Part shown: piece after piece, positions 37,601 to 49,544 of the stretch | Layout: every line of letters begins with the position of its first letter | Position numbering within the stretch: position 1 is the stretch's first letter | Assembly (NCBI GenBank): GCA_030141605.1 | Contig: JAQGDQ010000036.1 | Span: 248,001-312,000, forward strand | Length of the DNA stretch: 64,000 nucleotides | DNA from: Tubiluchus corallicola | Lineage: Eukaryota; Animalia; Priapulida | Direction of reading: 5' to 3' | Program-made: the position numbers and the translations under genes | Notes under the pieces: model-generated | Told to the model about the DNA's origin: nothing | Databases searched by the model: none | What the model saw: only the letters and a program-made list of their open reading frames with translations

Positions 37601-40600
37601 TTTACTATACATAATATTACATACTGCATTTTACTAAATATTCGCAATCCTATTTTTATTGTTATTGACCTTTGTTTTCCAGCAAAACATTGCAAAAAGT
37701 CAATCACAGAGTCTAGAAATGGCATATAAGTCTCAGTCATTTTCACCTGATAATGTCTTGTCAGTTATGGAAATGCCAGAAGGCAAATGTATATCAGATG
37801 TCTTCAGTGTATCGATTGTAGCCAGAGTGCAAAGAATCTTCTGTACAGAACAAAGTTCACAACATTGTAGGATTTTATCCATACAAGCGAATTCTACTGA
37901 AGAATGTGCTGCAGTTACCACTAGGTAGTGTTTTTAATTGTCTTATGCAGTACTTATCTTGAGACTCCTACACAGACCTTTTGAAATTGTAATTGCTGAT
38001 TTATTTTTTGCAGATCTTTACTCAGCCACATTAGGAAAATGTGAACATTGTACAGCATATGTGATTAATTAAATAATTAACAATTTTTCAATTTTGTAAC
38101 AGCATACAACTTATAATCAAAACGCCTTTCACTTCAATAGGCACAATTTGGTAGGTATAAGCTGACATAACTTTTAATTATTATCTGCTTGGGCAGCAGT
38201 CACAGGAGATATGACTTCATAGTATTAGCATGCAACATGCACTCATTTAATTTTACAAAAAATTATCCAAAGTCTGAAAGTTTATTTATAAAGGTTCAAA
38301 ATGAACTTCTTAGTTATAATAATATCCATTGCTAATAGCAATCAGCCACATACAGCACTTATTGTTCGTATAATTAGGTATTATTTCGATTTAGATGGTC
38401 TCTGCTTCTTCAAGACAGCACTGGCTCAGTTTACATGTTGAAACTGAATACTAGTGTTGTGGATGATAAATGCTGGAAACGTCTATTGCAAAATGGAGAA
38501 GGCTCAACGTTTGGCTTTACTCATCTGCGCATATTAGAAAGAGTCACATGTAGCAAGTAAGTATTCTATTAAATAATAAATAATTCGCTCTTTTTCATTT
38601 CCCTGGCATCTACTAGTTGGTTTAGATAAAATTTTCTATATAATTAAGATTTTTTTAATTGTGTGATTGAATCCTTTATTGAATGATCAACTTATTTCAG
38701 TAAACAAGATATTTGCACTTTGACTGTAAAAATGTCGTGAATAGTAGTCAGAAGTAGTATCATTAATTATGTTTTCTGCAATAGGTAAATTAGTTGTATG
38801 GCCTGTTGCTTGATTGATTTGTCAGCAAGCTCATCTCTTTGAATTAGCTAGATGAGGGAAGCTGGCAGTGACTGACCTGTTCTCTTCAGATGAAACATAC
38901 ATTTGAACCATTCTTCCTGCCTGCCTGTCTGTTGTATTGCATTGTTGATGTAGCTTATGCAGAACGTTATAGTACTACTATCTTGTGCAGTCTGTACAAG
39001 AAATATGCCACAAAGATAATGCAAAAAGTGTCTGAACTAAAGTGAACATCGTTTCACTTGTATCTGCTCAGCACTCAATTTGAAGTGATATTTCTTTTTC
39101 AAATATCTAGAGATTTTTACCTTTAATCCAGAAGCAGCCTGAATCGAAACATGTCTGCTTTTCCATCTGTCTTGAAAGCCAGCTCAGTGGTTTGTGTTCT
39201 TTACTTTAAAAGATCTCTGTCATCGATTATCACCCTTCTTTGTATCATCAGCCAAATCTATTCTTTAATAAGTATCTTAGTAGTAGCTTTCAGAAAAGTA
39301 GCAAAATCCAAATTATGATCATAAGAAACTGCAGGATCTTTGTAATAAAAATGTTTGCAAAATCTTGAAATATTCCTGCGATCTGTCTGCTAACTGATAA
39401 TTTAGGCAAACTTACCCTACCTATCATTTTTGATAATCAAAATTGGTCAGTTTGTTTAGCACATCCTGTTGCATGCAGTGCAACAGCATCATTACAGTGA
39501 AGGTAAGAAAGTTTTTTGACACAAAGGACAAAAACCTCTATAGTTTTTTGTTAAAATTTTTGTATTGAACACAACTGCAATAGTTTAGGAGGTGAATTTG
39601 CCTTTTGGCTTGTGTCTTTTTTGGCGCAACTATTTTTTGAAACATACTAGTTTCCAAAAATTTTACAATTGAAATTTTTAGCACTTTAAGAATTGTAAAT
39701 ATACCAATTTTTTATAAATGACATATCAGTCTAAACTGGGATCTGTCAGCCAGTGGTAAGGTTTAATTGTGTTAGATGTTTATGGTTGGATCCGAAACAA
39801 GTTCATTTATCAAGAGTAATCATCTGAAATGTCTTAACCACATTAATTGTACAAGAGAAAACACTGATGCTCCTCACAACAGTTTGAAACTGTCCAGAAA
39901 CAGTTTTCTCCAGCAACCGTCCTAACCTAGCCAGACATGGCACTGCTTGTAGAGCCAAACACACCATTATGACTATTCAGTTGTTCTCTTCAAACTAATA
40001 ATACAACATTTCAGAAAAATTATTTTGGCTTGATTAGTAATTTAGAGAAGATATTTTGTATCAAATAAGTTTTGAAATATTATCTTTTTTCCTTAGGAAA
40101 CCAGAATTATTCAGTGTCCTTTGGGCAGGTGCAGCACAGCAAGATGACACCCGTCAAGAGTTTTGTTATGTGTTAGGAACAATACCTGGTCAAAGTAAAT
40201 GCATACTGAGTGATCAAAATGTTAGTGAATACAACCTTGTGATTTTAGAGGAACTGGCAGCTATTGAAAAGGTAATAATTTTTAAATCCAATTCCACAAC
40301 TAGCAGAGGGATAGCATTTTTCCTTCTAACATTTTTCTTCACAGGAATAACTTTTTAAAAAGTTAAATTTTAAATGTAAAGTTTTATTAAATTTAATTGT
40401 AAACCTGAGGTAATGACATCAGTTGAAAATCAATAAACAGCAATTGAATAACCTCTGAAGATGAAAACATAACTATAATGCAAGCGAGTAGTTCATTTTA
40501 ACTTAGATATTGTTTATCTCTTGTTTAAGATGTTTATTGATTTCTTTAGGGTTTATGTTGTGACACAAGACATTCTTTTCTTGTTAAAGTTATTCATCAT

Positions 40601-43600
40601 GCAGTAGATACTCTGTTTTGTACTGACTGCAGTTTATCAACAAAAACTGGCTACCTTAAAGTGACACTTAAGCCTGACTGCAGCATTGCCAATGATGTTA
40701 GTCTCGTATTTAATAATAGAAGACTGTCTTGCTCACCTTTGCTTGTCCTTAAAGATATTGGTGCTATCAATGGTATGTACTGATAACTCATCCAACTTGT
40801 TATAAAGTGTGGCAAACATTTTTTGTTTTTTAAATCTTTGCTATTTTCTCATCTATCCACCTATAGAATGTAAATGTGCAAAGCAGCAAAACCACAAAAA
40901 TGTCACTGAGGATATAGTTTAACATTAATATCCAATAATTCTGTGTTTTAAAAAATTAAATAATATTTTAAAAAGTGAAATTAATTCATGCAAGCTAAAT
41001 AATATGTTAAAAAACAAAAAAAATTATTTTCATAATCATGGGATGAGACCATAAACTGCTATTTGATGAACTGCTAAACATTACTATATACTATATTCGA
41101 ATTACAATCATTGGTGTTTTAGGTCACTTATATGCTGATGGGTTTAGCAGACTCCTTTTACCCAGTTCATCATCTTTACCAGATATTAATGACGAGCTTG
41201 TCAAGAAGACCTTGTCTGTTAAGCCTGTATTGCCAGATTTCACTGGAAAATCGTCTTGTGATCTTGTTTCCGCCAAAGGTAACATAACTCACTTTTATAT
41301 TCCTTTGATCAGTTAACAACCATTTCTGGTTTATCAAGCCCGCAATTAAGAAGGCTAAGCCGAAGTCATCCCCTAGTTACCTGCTTTATGTTGTACTTTT
41401 ACATATTTTCTACTTGATGATACTGTAGCTCAAAATGTTTATTTACTGAACAATTACAGCAACAGTAAGAAAGTTAACATTTGTTATGATTTCGAAAAAG
41501 AGTTGGTATTCATGAAGATCTGCTATGTGAATAACATTTGGCATTTTAGAAAACTAGTAAGAGCAGTGCAGAGATAATTGTGATGTTAAAATCAGCAATA
41601 TTTTTTCATTTTTTAAAACTTATTTGTTGTTTTTGTTTAAACCCACAAGTAGGCCCATGAAGCAACTTAAAAGTTTGTTCCAAGAGTCTGAGATTGCAGA
41701 CTTTTAATTTTCTTATTAAACAGTTTTGTTATGCAGCAAATTTTTCCATTAAAATGTTTTTTGCTATAAAGCTATTTGAAATTTTCAAAGAGAAATCATG
41801 TCAGGCCACATGATACAGGCAATAGATAGAACCCACATAAAGGCACAAAACCTTCTGTTGTGCATTGATTCATGCAGGAATATTATCCCATTAAAATTCT
41901 AGCACTGCATTTAAATTATAGTGATCGATTAAATTTGCAGCTTCTTGCATATTATGGTTGCTGTACCAGAACTCTTCTAAATGACACCCTACTATTGTAG
42001 AGTTACTTCAGCTCTGCAGCAGATCATAAAAATAATATATGTATCATGAGAGTGATTTAATTTCATATATATAACCGACGAGGCTAGAGCTCGGACGCCG
42101 CCACCATTTTCAACAAACTATCTATCAAATGAAAGATCTCGATCTAGTGTCGTCCCATCGGGGTCTTATTTTTTTTAATCAAGCCCATCAGGGAGGAACG
42201 GCGGGGCGAAAAACATACTGGTTTTTTTGCAAAATTTGTACCTCTTATTTCTAGAGATTGGGTACGGGCCAGAGGGGTGTTGCTGGTAATGGTCAGATAT
42301 TCTATTCCACGGTGGGTGTAGTATGCGTATTTAGAATTCGCGGGAGAACCACAGTTTCCCGTAACAGGCATTTTCCGTGATCCATACGCCTAAATTTTGG
42401 AAAAAACTGCGCAAACAGCCTCCAGAAAAATTCAATTTGTGCAACTGGTTAGATGTGTTGAGAAAAAAATAAGCACACTTGCAGAAAAAAGGACAAAACG
42501 ATCTACAAAGAGTGAAAGTTTCATTGGGAGAAGTGTCCACTAGACGAAATGAGAAGGGCTTGTTTTGAAGTTCTTTTTCAACCCTCCCAAGTGCTGCTCC
42601 CATTGACCTTGAGTTTGAGAAATTTTGTGGCTGTCCCAACAATGGCTTCACCTGCCATTCTACAGTGTTGTAGTTTTTACATGTAAGTTCTATTAGCCTA
42701 TTAATATCTGAGAAGCAGTAAACAAACTGTGTAGAATGTTCGTGCATTATTGGGTATTGGTGGATGTGTCTACTACCATTTGTCACAGCACACGGTTTCA
42801 ACTTTGTACAAAATGCTTTTCGTGGTTTCGTGAGGTTGGTGTGTTTGTCGATGTTGGTGTTGAAGGTGTCGTCATAGCTATCGTCATCATCATCATCATG
42901 ATCAGCAATTGATGTGGTGTGAATTGGTGTAGTGGGTGTAGCAAGTGTGCTGTGGATGATGTGGTGTGATGAGTATGGTGAATGTGCTGTGGATGGTATG
43001 ATGTGGTGGGTGTGGTGTGGTGAGTGTGCTGTAGTGGGTATGGTATGGTGTGATTGGTGTGGCATAGTGAATGTGATGTGGGAGTGTGGTGTAATATGAG
43101 TGCTGTGGTATGGTTGTTGTGGTGTAGTATGGTGTGGTATGGGTGTGTAGTGTAATGTGATGTGGGTAGCGTGGTGGTGTTGTATGGTATGGGTGGGGTG
43201 GTGTAGAGCAGCCTGGTGTGGGTGGTGCTGGTGTAGCATGGTGGGTGTGTTGTGTTGTGGGTGATGTGGTGTGGGTGGTGTGGTGTGCTGGATGTGGTAT
43301 GGTTTGTCATCGTGGGTTTACGCACAAAATTTTTTGCGGAGTTTGGCTAGTTATGTATTAGTTCCGCTGGTATGTGGATACATAAGATGCTAGAATACAG
43401 CTCTACACCATTCTCGGTGATCCATATGTCAAATGAAAGGTCTAATGGACACAATAAGCAATGCCCATGTAGAGTGTTCATACATTAAGGATCATCAGTG
43501 GATGGATCTAATAACATGTCATTTCCCACAGTTTCGACTATGTGCATAATGCTTTAGCAGAATTTCACTAGGCACTTGTTGTTGTTGTTGTCGCCATTGT

Positions 43601-46572
43601 TACCTGTTTCAGTGGTGGCGGCGGCAGTGTGACTGTTGTGGTTTGATGTGATACAGATAGTATGGTGTGCTGCTGGTGCTTGTGTAGTTGCGTATGGTGG
43701 GTGTGGGGTTGATGATGTACTTGGGTGGTATGGTGTGGGTGGGCTGGGAGTGGTGTGGTATGGTGTAGCTAGTGTGATGTGGGTGGTATGGTGAGGTGTG
43801 GTCTGCTGTGCTATGGGTGGAATGGGGGTGGTGTGGTTTGGTGTGGATGATGTATTGGGGGTAGCATGGTGTTGGTAGTATGGAAAATGTGGCTTGTGAG
43901 TTTATGATCAAAATTCTTTTGCAATGTTTGGCTAGTGACTTAGTAATTGTTTGAACTATTTTCAAGAATGCTGTGGGAATTAATAAATAAGCTACTAAGT
44001 ATCAACATTTTCCAATGACTACCTTACATTTAATATTTCATTGCTGGTTATTATGTTCAACTGATGTTGATGTCCTTTTAGGAGTAATAGTTGATGTCGA
44101 TGAGAACAATGCTTTCTCATGGCCTGTTTGCAACATGTGCGAAAGCAGTAACTTACAAACAGATCTGTCTGGGTAAGTTGCAAATATTGATTAAATGCAA
44201 TAAAATTACTTGCATTGCACCAAGTAGCTGATGTGTAACAGGGAATTGAGGTGGTGAGATCATTTTCTGGGTTGAAATGGTAAATAATTCTGCTTACTGT
44301 TTGTCATAAACAAGTGTTTTCCAAAATACCTTGTTTATCACAAATACTTGGAAGATATCATGTCGTGATTATATAAAATAGATGAGTTGCATAATAAGCC
44401 GGCGATTATCGTACTTGCGTTTCATGTAGTGATTTCAGAGAGCAACATTAATAACACAGTCATATTTAATTGTCATCTGTTTTATGGGTGTAGCATATAC
44501 TAAGTGAGCAATGGCTTATAACAGGTTACCTGTTTTATCAGTGAACAGTGCATGGCACAATTAGCAACTTAACATATTAGGGCATATGGGGCACCATCTG
44601 CAAAATTATTATTAAAGTAAAAAAGGTGACGTATATTTGTCAAAAAGCTTCTACCATCCTCCATTATCCTTCAGGAATATGCCTAAATCAATTTATAAAC
44701 CCTATATAAGTTAAATAAACTTAGTTTTTGACAAAATTACAACTTTTTTGCTTTCACATTTAAGCGTCCCTTGGTTTAATTATTTTTTTATTGAACATCT
44801 TTCTGTTAAAAAATGTATTACATGACACAATCTCTCTGAATGGTGATTAAGGTCAAAAGGCACGCCTAAATTGCCATTTTAGCTTCATGTGATTCATTGA
44901 ACATTGAAGAAGTTGAGCAAATGCAATAGTGCCCTGTAAAACATGAATACTTTATTGACTCCACAGTGCAGTGCATTGTTGTAAAGTGCAAATGTAAAGT
45001 GTAAAGTGTAGCCATGACTTCATTATGCTTGATATTAAAATTTTACACTTGAAATTTTGCATCAAATACTTTTAACCTGTTTTAGCTATTAATTTTTACA
45101 CCAGGTAGCACACCGTATATGTTCAAAGGTACAAAGGTAAGACATTTATATTAAACAATTTGGCTATAAATCGATTTTTACACCAATATTTAATTTGCCT
45201 TTAACAACTGTTTTAGCCCATTTCAGGTCAATTGCAGATTTCTGGAATAACACATGTAATCTTTTGTTTTTTGAAGCGCTCGTCAGGTCTGTTTTGTTTT
45301 AAAACAAACTCTGCTTACTCATAATGTACATCTTCTGAACAGAAAATATGAAACAATAAATTTGGAATCCACCTATATCTTACTTTAGTTAGTTCATTGA
45401 GATATCTGATGAAAGTTTTTACTCTTTATTTATGAAAATAATGACAACGAACTTATTTTGTTTCAGTTCATTTTTGTATTGCCCTTCTTGTCAGCTAGGA
45501 GTGTCGCAGCCAATAATTAAGATGACTATGAATGTATTTCTTAAAATAAATTCGAGTCAGCATACTCAGCCAGTGCTTGTGCAGGTTTGCATTTATTTAT
45601 TGTTAATGTATTTCATTACATCATGTTGTGCAATCTTCATTAAGTATGAGTTTGTCATTGTGTAGTAGTTTGCTCGGAACATTTTTGTACGTGTTTGAGA
45701 ACAAATCAGACACCAGTCATTCTACATGTTTTCGTAATGCACGTAAAGACCTATTTACATCTGTAAGTTTTATTGTTGAACTAAAACATGCGAACATAAT
45801 ATATTATTATATAAAGTATTTTACGATTATGTAAAATTCTGTGTATGGTTCTCTAATTTAAAATATATTATAGGTTCTTGTATTTTTGCAGTTACACATT
45901 GGTTATAATAAAATAAAAACTAGCTTTTTTTAATGGGATGCACCACTTGTTTGACGTATATGCTTACAAAAGGTTTTATTTATTTCAGTTGCATCAGAAT
46001 ACTATAGAGAAACTTTTACCAGCAGATTTAATTGAACAGGTATGCAATGACTAGAAACTGTTATTACTCTATGACGTACAACTAATGAGAAAAAAATGCT
46101 TACTCTGTCAACTAATGAGAAAAAAAGCTTACTCTGCCATTTCTTATTTTGATACCAAACCTGAAGACGGAATGTCAAAAAGTTGGAGTAATATCAAACT
46201 TGAAGACGGAATGAAAAAGCCTTAATCTACCAGGGATCTCTGCTTACATTGCAAATGTCTTAGGGCACTAAGCTACCATATTTCCCAGTGGTCAAGGCAA
46301 TCACTAATATTACTGCAAAATAGTTACGGTCTGTTTTAAATATTATAAAAATATAGTCATGAACATAATAGTTTTTTCCTCTTGAAGTACCACTCATAGC
46401 AAATTTGTAGTGTTTTGTGTAACATTATTTATAGGGTTACGACATGGAAATGATATTGGGCATAGAGGTTGGTCCCATAAATTGCTATTGTGATCCATCG
46501 TTGCCATCGTCATCTAAACAGGAACAAGGAAATGCACCTTCTGTCGTATTAACTGAAATTACCATAGATTAA
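28333..46572 (+). CDS. SPIDR: DNA repair-scaffolding protein SPIDR, 17 coding exons, ~969 aa
   Basis: join(28333-28651,28871-28989,29580-29645,29732-29919,30483-30583,31720-32269,33998-34140,36100-36167,37683-37924,38395-38556,40097-40271,40550-40772,41123-41278,44082-44172,45467-45584,45989-46039,46435-46572) = 2910 nt, all GT-AG, phases consistent, no internal stop. Motifs match human SPIDR: SLSNEW..EGF, KKK..GALAEKL..RE..FWKH, VLF..VKIHPPW, VQRIF, LLLQDSTG, VDENNAFSWPVCNMC, CPSC..PIIK..VFL, YDMEMILGIEVGPINC. Confidence 0.93.
28871..28989 (+). CDS. SPIDR: SPIDR exon 2
   Basis: tacag|..NLKDLPVTIDEESDSEE..|gtaaat, phase 1 to 0. Confidence 0.7.
29580..29645 (+). CDS. SPIDR: SPIDR exon 3
   Basis: HFEGTISEYESEEEDLNKDIIE; ag|..|gtgacc. 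Confidence 0.7.
29732..29919 (+). CDS. SPIDR: SPIDR exon 4
   Basis: ..GSEWLK..PDDSTKKKPRFVK; in-frame alternative acceptor at 29740. Confidence 0.8.
30483..30583 (+). CDS. SPIDR: SPIDR exon 5
   Basis: GALAEKLRKLEKRECAEFSFWKH. Confidence 0.9.
31720..32269 (+). CDS. SPIDR: SPIDR exon 6
   Basis: NSKVILVKI..VLFSQRRAVQLRLHVGDLVKIHPPW; tg|gtacgt. Confidence 0.9.
33998..34140 (+). CDS. SPIDR: SPIDR exon 7
   Basis: RRLKMADFGVSIIFCT..WQCPCLN; g|gtatgt. Confidence 0.85.
34654..35073. mobile_element. Tc1/mariner (pogo/Tigger-like) MITE in SPIDR intron 7
   Basis: TIR cagtcgaccctcgttaaaccgga / tctggtttaacgagggttgactg, TA TSDs. Confidence 0.9.
35298..36054. mobile_element. hAT-like MITE in SPIDR intron 7
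   Basis: TIR cagggccggctcta / tagagctgaccctg; 8-bp TSD gacgtaaa/tacgtaaa. Confidence 0.75.
36100..36167 (+). CDS. SPIDR: SPIDR exon 8
   Basis: Strong acceptor and gtaagt donor; needed to reconcile phase 1 to 0. Confidence 0.75.
37683..37924 (+). CDS. SPIDR: SPIDR exon 9
   Basis: ..DNVLSVME..IVARVQRIF.. Confidence 0.85.
38395..38556 (+). CDS. SPIDR: SPIDR exon 10
   Basis: WSLLLQDSTG..EGSTFGFTHLRILERVT; aa|gtaagt. Confidence 0.9.
40097..40271 (+). CDS. SPIDR: SPIDR exon 11
   Basis: KPELFSVLW..FCYVL.. Confidence 0.85.
40550..40772 (+). CDS. SPIDR: SPIDR exon 12
   Basis: DTRHSFLVKVI..LFCTDCSL..LVLKD. Confidence 0.85.
41123..41278 (+). CDS. SPIDR: SPIDR exon 13
   Basis: GHLYADGFSRL..CDLVSAKG. 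Confidence 0.85.
42070..43352 (+). mobile_element. Helentron/DINE-like interspersed element, copy B (most complete), with long (TGG/TGTGG)n array
   Basis: 5' ataaccgacgaggctagagctcgg hairpin, internal low-complexity array 42840-43310, 3' hairpin cgcacaaaattttttgcg then ..ggctagtt end; no TSD. Family assignment is inference. Confidence 0.65.
43380..43937 (+). mobile_element. Helentron/DINE-like element, copy C (older, tandem to copy B)
   Basis: Same order of motifs (caaatgaaagg, gtagagtgttc, tggtg array, gtttggctagt end). Confidence 0.55.
44082..44172 (+). CDS. SPIDR: SPIDR exon 14
   Basis: VIVDVDENNAFSWPVCNMCESSNL (OB-fold Zn-ribbon CxxC). Confidence 0.95.
45467..45584 (+). CDS. SPIDR: SPIDR exon 15
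   Basis: FLYCPSCQLGVSQPIIKMTMNVFL..VLVQ. Confidence 0.9.
45989..46039 (+). CDS. SPIDR: SPIDR exon 16
   Basis: LHQNTIEKLLPADLIEQ. Confidence 0.85.
46435..46572 (+). CDS. SPIDR: SPIDR exon 17 (terminal)
   Basis: GYDMEMILGIEVGPINCY..LTEITID*; AATAAA at 46753-46758. Confidence 0.9.
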   Translation, partial: GYDMEMILGIEVGPINCYCDPSLPSSSKQEQGNAPSVVLTEITID

Positions 46573-48795
46573 GCTGTAATTTAGTCTTGTATGAAAGATC
46601 ACTAATGCATACAGATATGGCTCTAAAATACTTGTTTGGGTACTCTTTCTTTAGTTTTTTTATTTTATTCTTTTCGTGAAAATCATCCAAATTTTGTTAA
46701 CACACCCTGTATGTTCAAAGGGTACACACTTATAAACCTTAAAGTTTTAAAAAATAAATACAACAATGAATTCCTTTAACTTTATGTTTTTTGTTGAAAA
46801 TCTAACATTTTTGGCGGCCTTGGCTATCATCAATCTAGTGCAATACATCTCTCAATTAAATCGTCACACCAATATTAGTTTAGAAAGTCATTTTGCGGTG
46901 CAGTTGAAAAACCACTTGTAATTCTTTATATTTCTGGCATCTTAGTGACAAAACAATTTGTGATCAGTTTATAAATGCATTTACATTAATATTTTTTCTA
47001 AGTTAATCATTTTAATAATTACATATATTCTACTTCACATATGTTAGATTTGAGCTTTTGTAGGCTTTAACTGTACAATTACAAGTCATGCACCGAAAGC
47101 ATGTAAATATCTTCAACTTGGATCTATAACTTACACATAATGTGTTGGATAAACTGTTGTTATTTGATAAGTGTTTAGCGACTCGAGCTTCTCTGCTTGG
47201 TCAGCATTATGGCTAACATTAACCTCTGTTTGGAAATGTGGACCAATGAACTCCAGAGAAAGTGAATGCATGTTATTCTGTGCTCGCTAGCAGAATTCGA
47301 CATGAATGCTAAGTAGTTGACTATTAACCTAGCTAGTAGGGCAATGACACATTAAGTGACAGACTGAGATTAAAAAAATAAGGTTGCTTATAGTAATTTT
47401 TAGTTACACGAACTAAATTCTAAAATTCATTTGAAAAAGACAAATTATTGAAGTTTTTAATTAAAAAAACAGGAAGTCCCATTGAAGGTTTTTAATAAAA
47501 AAAACAGGAAATGGCATTGAAGTTTTTTAAACAAAAAGAAACAGAACGTGGCAGGAAGTAGAACTTGTAACTGTTAACTTTCTTTAAGCAGTTTAGCATA
47601 ACCAGTGCTGTATCAGTACAAGTAACTGTGCAAAATCAACTTTATAATTCCAGTTTTCAATCATAATCCAACGGTACTTGTTAGCTTCGCCAATATTTTA
47701 ACATAGCTTGGATTGCTTGCCTAGAACATATTTCAATTTAATATGATATAATTGAGCGTAAAGGTCATTGCCACAGTTTCCAACTGGCACCGGTTTTGAC
47801 ACTTATTTAGGACAATGACCTGGGACAGGTGAAAGTTGTGAGCAGGTTTCAACTCGCTGCTCATGTCGGGTTTACACCTCATATTAATCTTTCACCTGGT
47901 TAAAGTTTTTAATAAGATTTGATTAAATTTTATTTTTGTGTTTTTTACTTATAAGATAGCCAGTGCAAGTTTTTATAACCATAAAGTTTTAAGTGACCTG
48001 AGAGCTGCTGTACTTTTAATGTGATCAAGAAGCGTGAGGCTGCATTAATTCACGAATCGTTCCGAAGTGCATGGTCAGTTCTGCAGGTATAGAAGCAATG
48101 GAACTAATCCTACCTTATGAATCACAAATGTAAACCCATTTTTATGCTTTTGATCTCTTCATATTACTTTTTTAATGTATGTTTGTGACCTGCAATCTTT
48201 GACCTTTATTCCGATCCTTCTCCAGAGCTAAAGTGTAAGATTCATAAGCTGACTGGGCCCACATTATCTGTTGTGTTAGAATATTGTACATAGATGTGTA
48301 ATTAAGTGTATTTTTGAAATTTTTTGACAGAGGTCAAAAGGTCAAGAGTAGGGGGTTAGTCTGATATCAGCATTTGCAACAGTTTACCTCAAAACAAAGA
48401 AGCTGTTAATATAATTATGTCTGAGAAGTTTCATCTGAGTAGAAACTTGTTACTATGTAACACAATTTAACATGGATAGAGTTACACCAAGTAATGGTTC
48501 CAAATTGAGGGTATCAAATTCTTTACAGAGTTGTTTGCAAAAATTCATTTTATTTTTGAATGCAGTTTTTCATTATCTTTATGTTACTTTAATGAATTGT
48601 TGGAGTTTTTGGCAAAATTCATTTTTGAGCTGCAATTTTAGTGGTGTGTACATCAACATTTAATTTTATTATACTGGAAATGTCATAATATTAAAGTACA
48701 CAATTTAAATGATTTCTGCCACAGATCACTTTTTTAAAACACTTATTTAGGCTGTTTAGAGTTAAAAATACTTCCGTACTTTTAATTGCACAATT

Positions 48796-49538
48796 AACAA
48801 GTCTAAAATGCACCCATCATTGGCATTTGACAGACGTTTGACGAAGAATATGAATAGGACTTTAACTTGTGCCGGCGCCGGACTCGCTCAATTACTGGGC
48901 GGCTATTTCCGATTTTTCTTAGTAATTCTACACCATTATAGGACCATTTATCGGAAAACTTATTAAAATAATCAGATTTAGGTTCCAGTGAACAGTTGAG
49001 GTTTTCCCTTGGCACTGGGCCCCGTACGCAAATGAAGTTTTTCAAGTTAGTACAAAGCGTGATAAAGTCACTGGACGGCCCTAGATGATGGCAATCTGCC
49101 AACGGTCACTGACACACTTTCAGGCAGTTCCTCGTTTCAAATAGGTGTTGTAGCTCTGCACGTCGATGGTAGAGCCATTGACCGGGCTTCGCCACCACTT
49201 CTATACACAATGTCAGGCTGTGTAGAGCATGGAATATAAACTGTTTCTCCCTATATCAGACCAATGACGGAGGCTGTTCTCCGATTGCCAGCGAATCTGA
49301 CCTGAAACTTGTAAAGATTATCAATACATTTATCTCTTGACCAAAAATAAAAAAAATCCAAAGTGTTCTATTTATCTGTTTCACTATGTTCTCTCTCTCC
49401 CCTCTCTCTTTTCTTTCCTCTCTCTCTCTCTCTCTCTCTGTCTCTTCCTCTATCTATTTTCTATCTCTTTCTCCTCTCTACAAAGTAATGTAAAAGCAAC
49501 GCCGTATGCTGACAATATTCGTGTCAACGAACTAATAA
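48796..49538. mobile_element. Probable Helentron/DINE-like element with (TC)n microsatellite
   Basis: aacaag.. terminus, GC-richer core, (ct)n at 49390-49480, terminal hairpin tgac..gtca; no TSD seen. Confidence 0.35.
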
Positions 49539-49544
49539 GAGACT

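Noticed and set aside
39113-39189. Open exon-like segment (FLPLIQKQPESKHVCFSICLESQLS) in SPIDR intron 10
   Set aside because: Its inclusion would shift the frame; exon 10 joins exon 11 in frame and matches the human alignment without it.
42331-43965. 302-, 175- and 118-aa His/Thr/Pro-rich ORFs (also 25443-25808)
   Set aside because: Derived from (CCA/CACAC)n arrays in a repeated element; frames are not conserved between copies.
46157-46222. Duplicated (c/t)tgaagacggaatg, hammerhead-like
   Set aside because: No closing stems or properly placed GAAA/UH; a simple short duplication.
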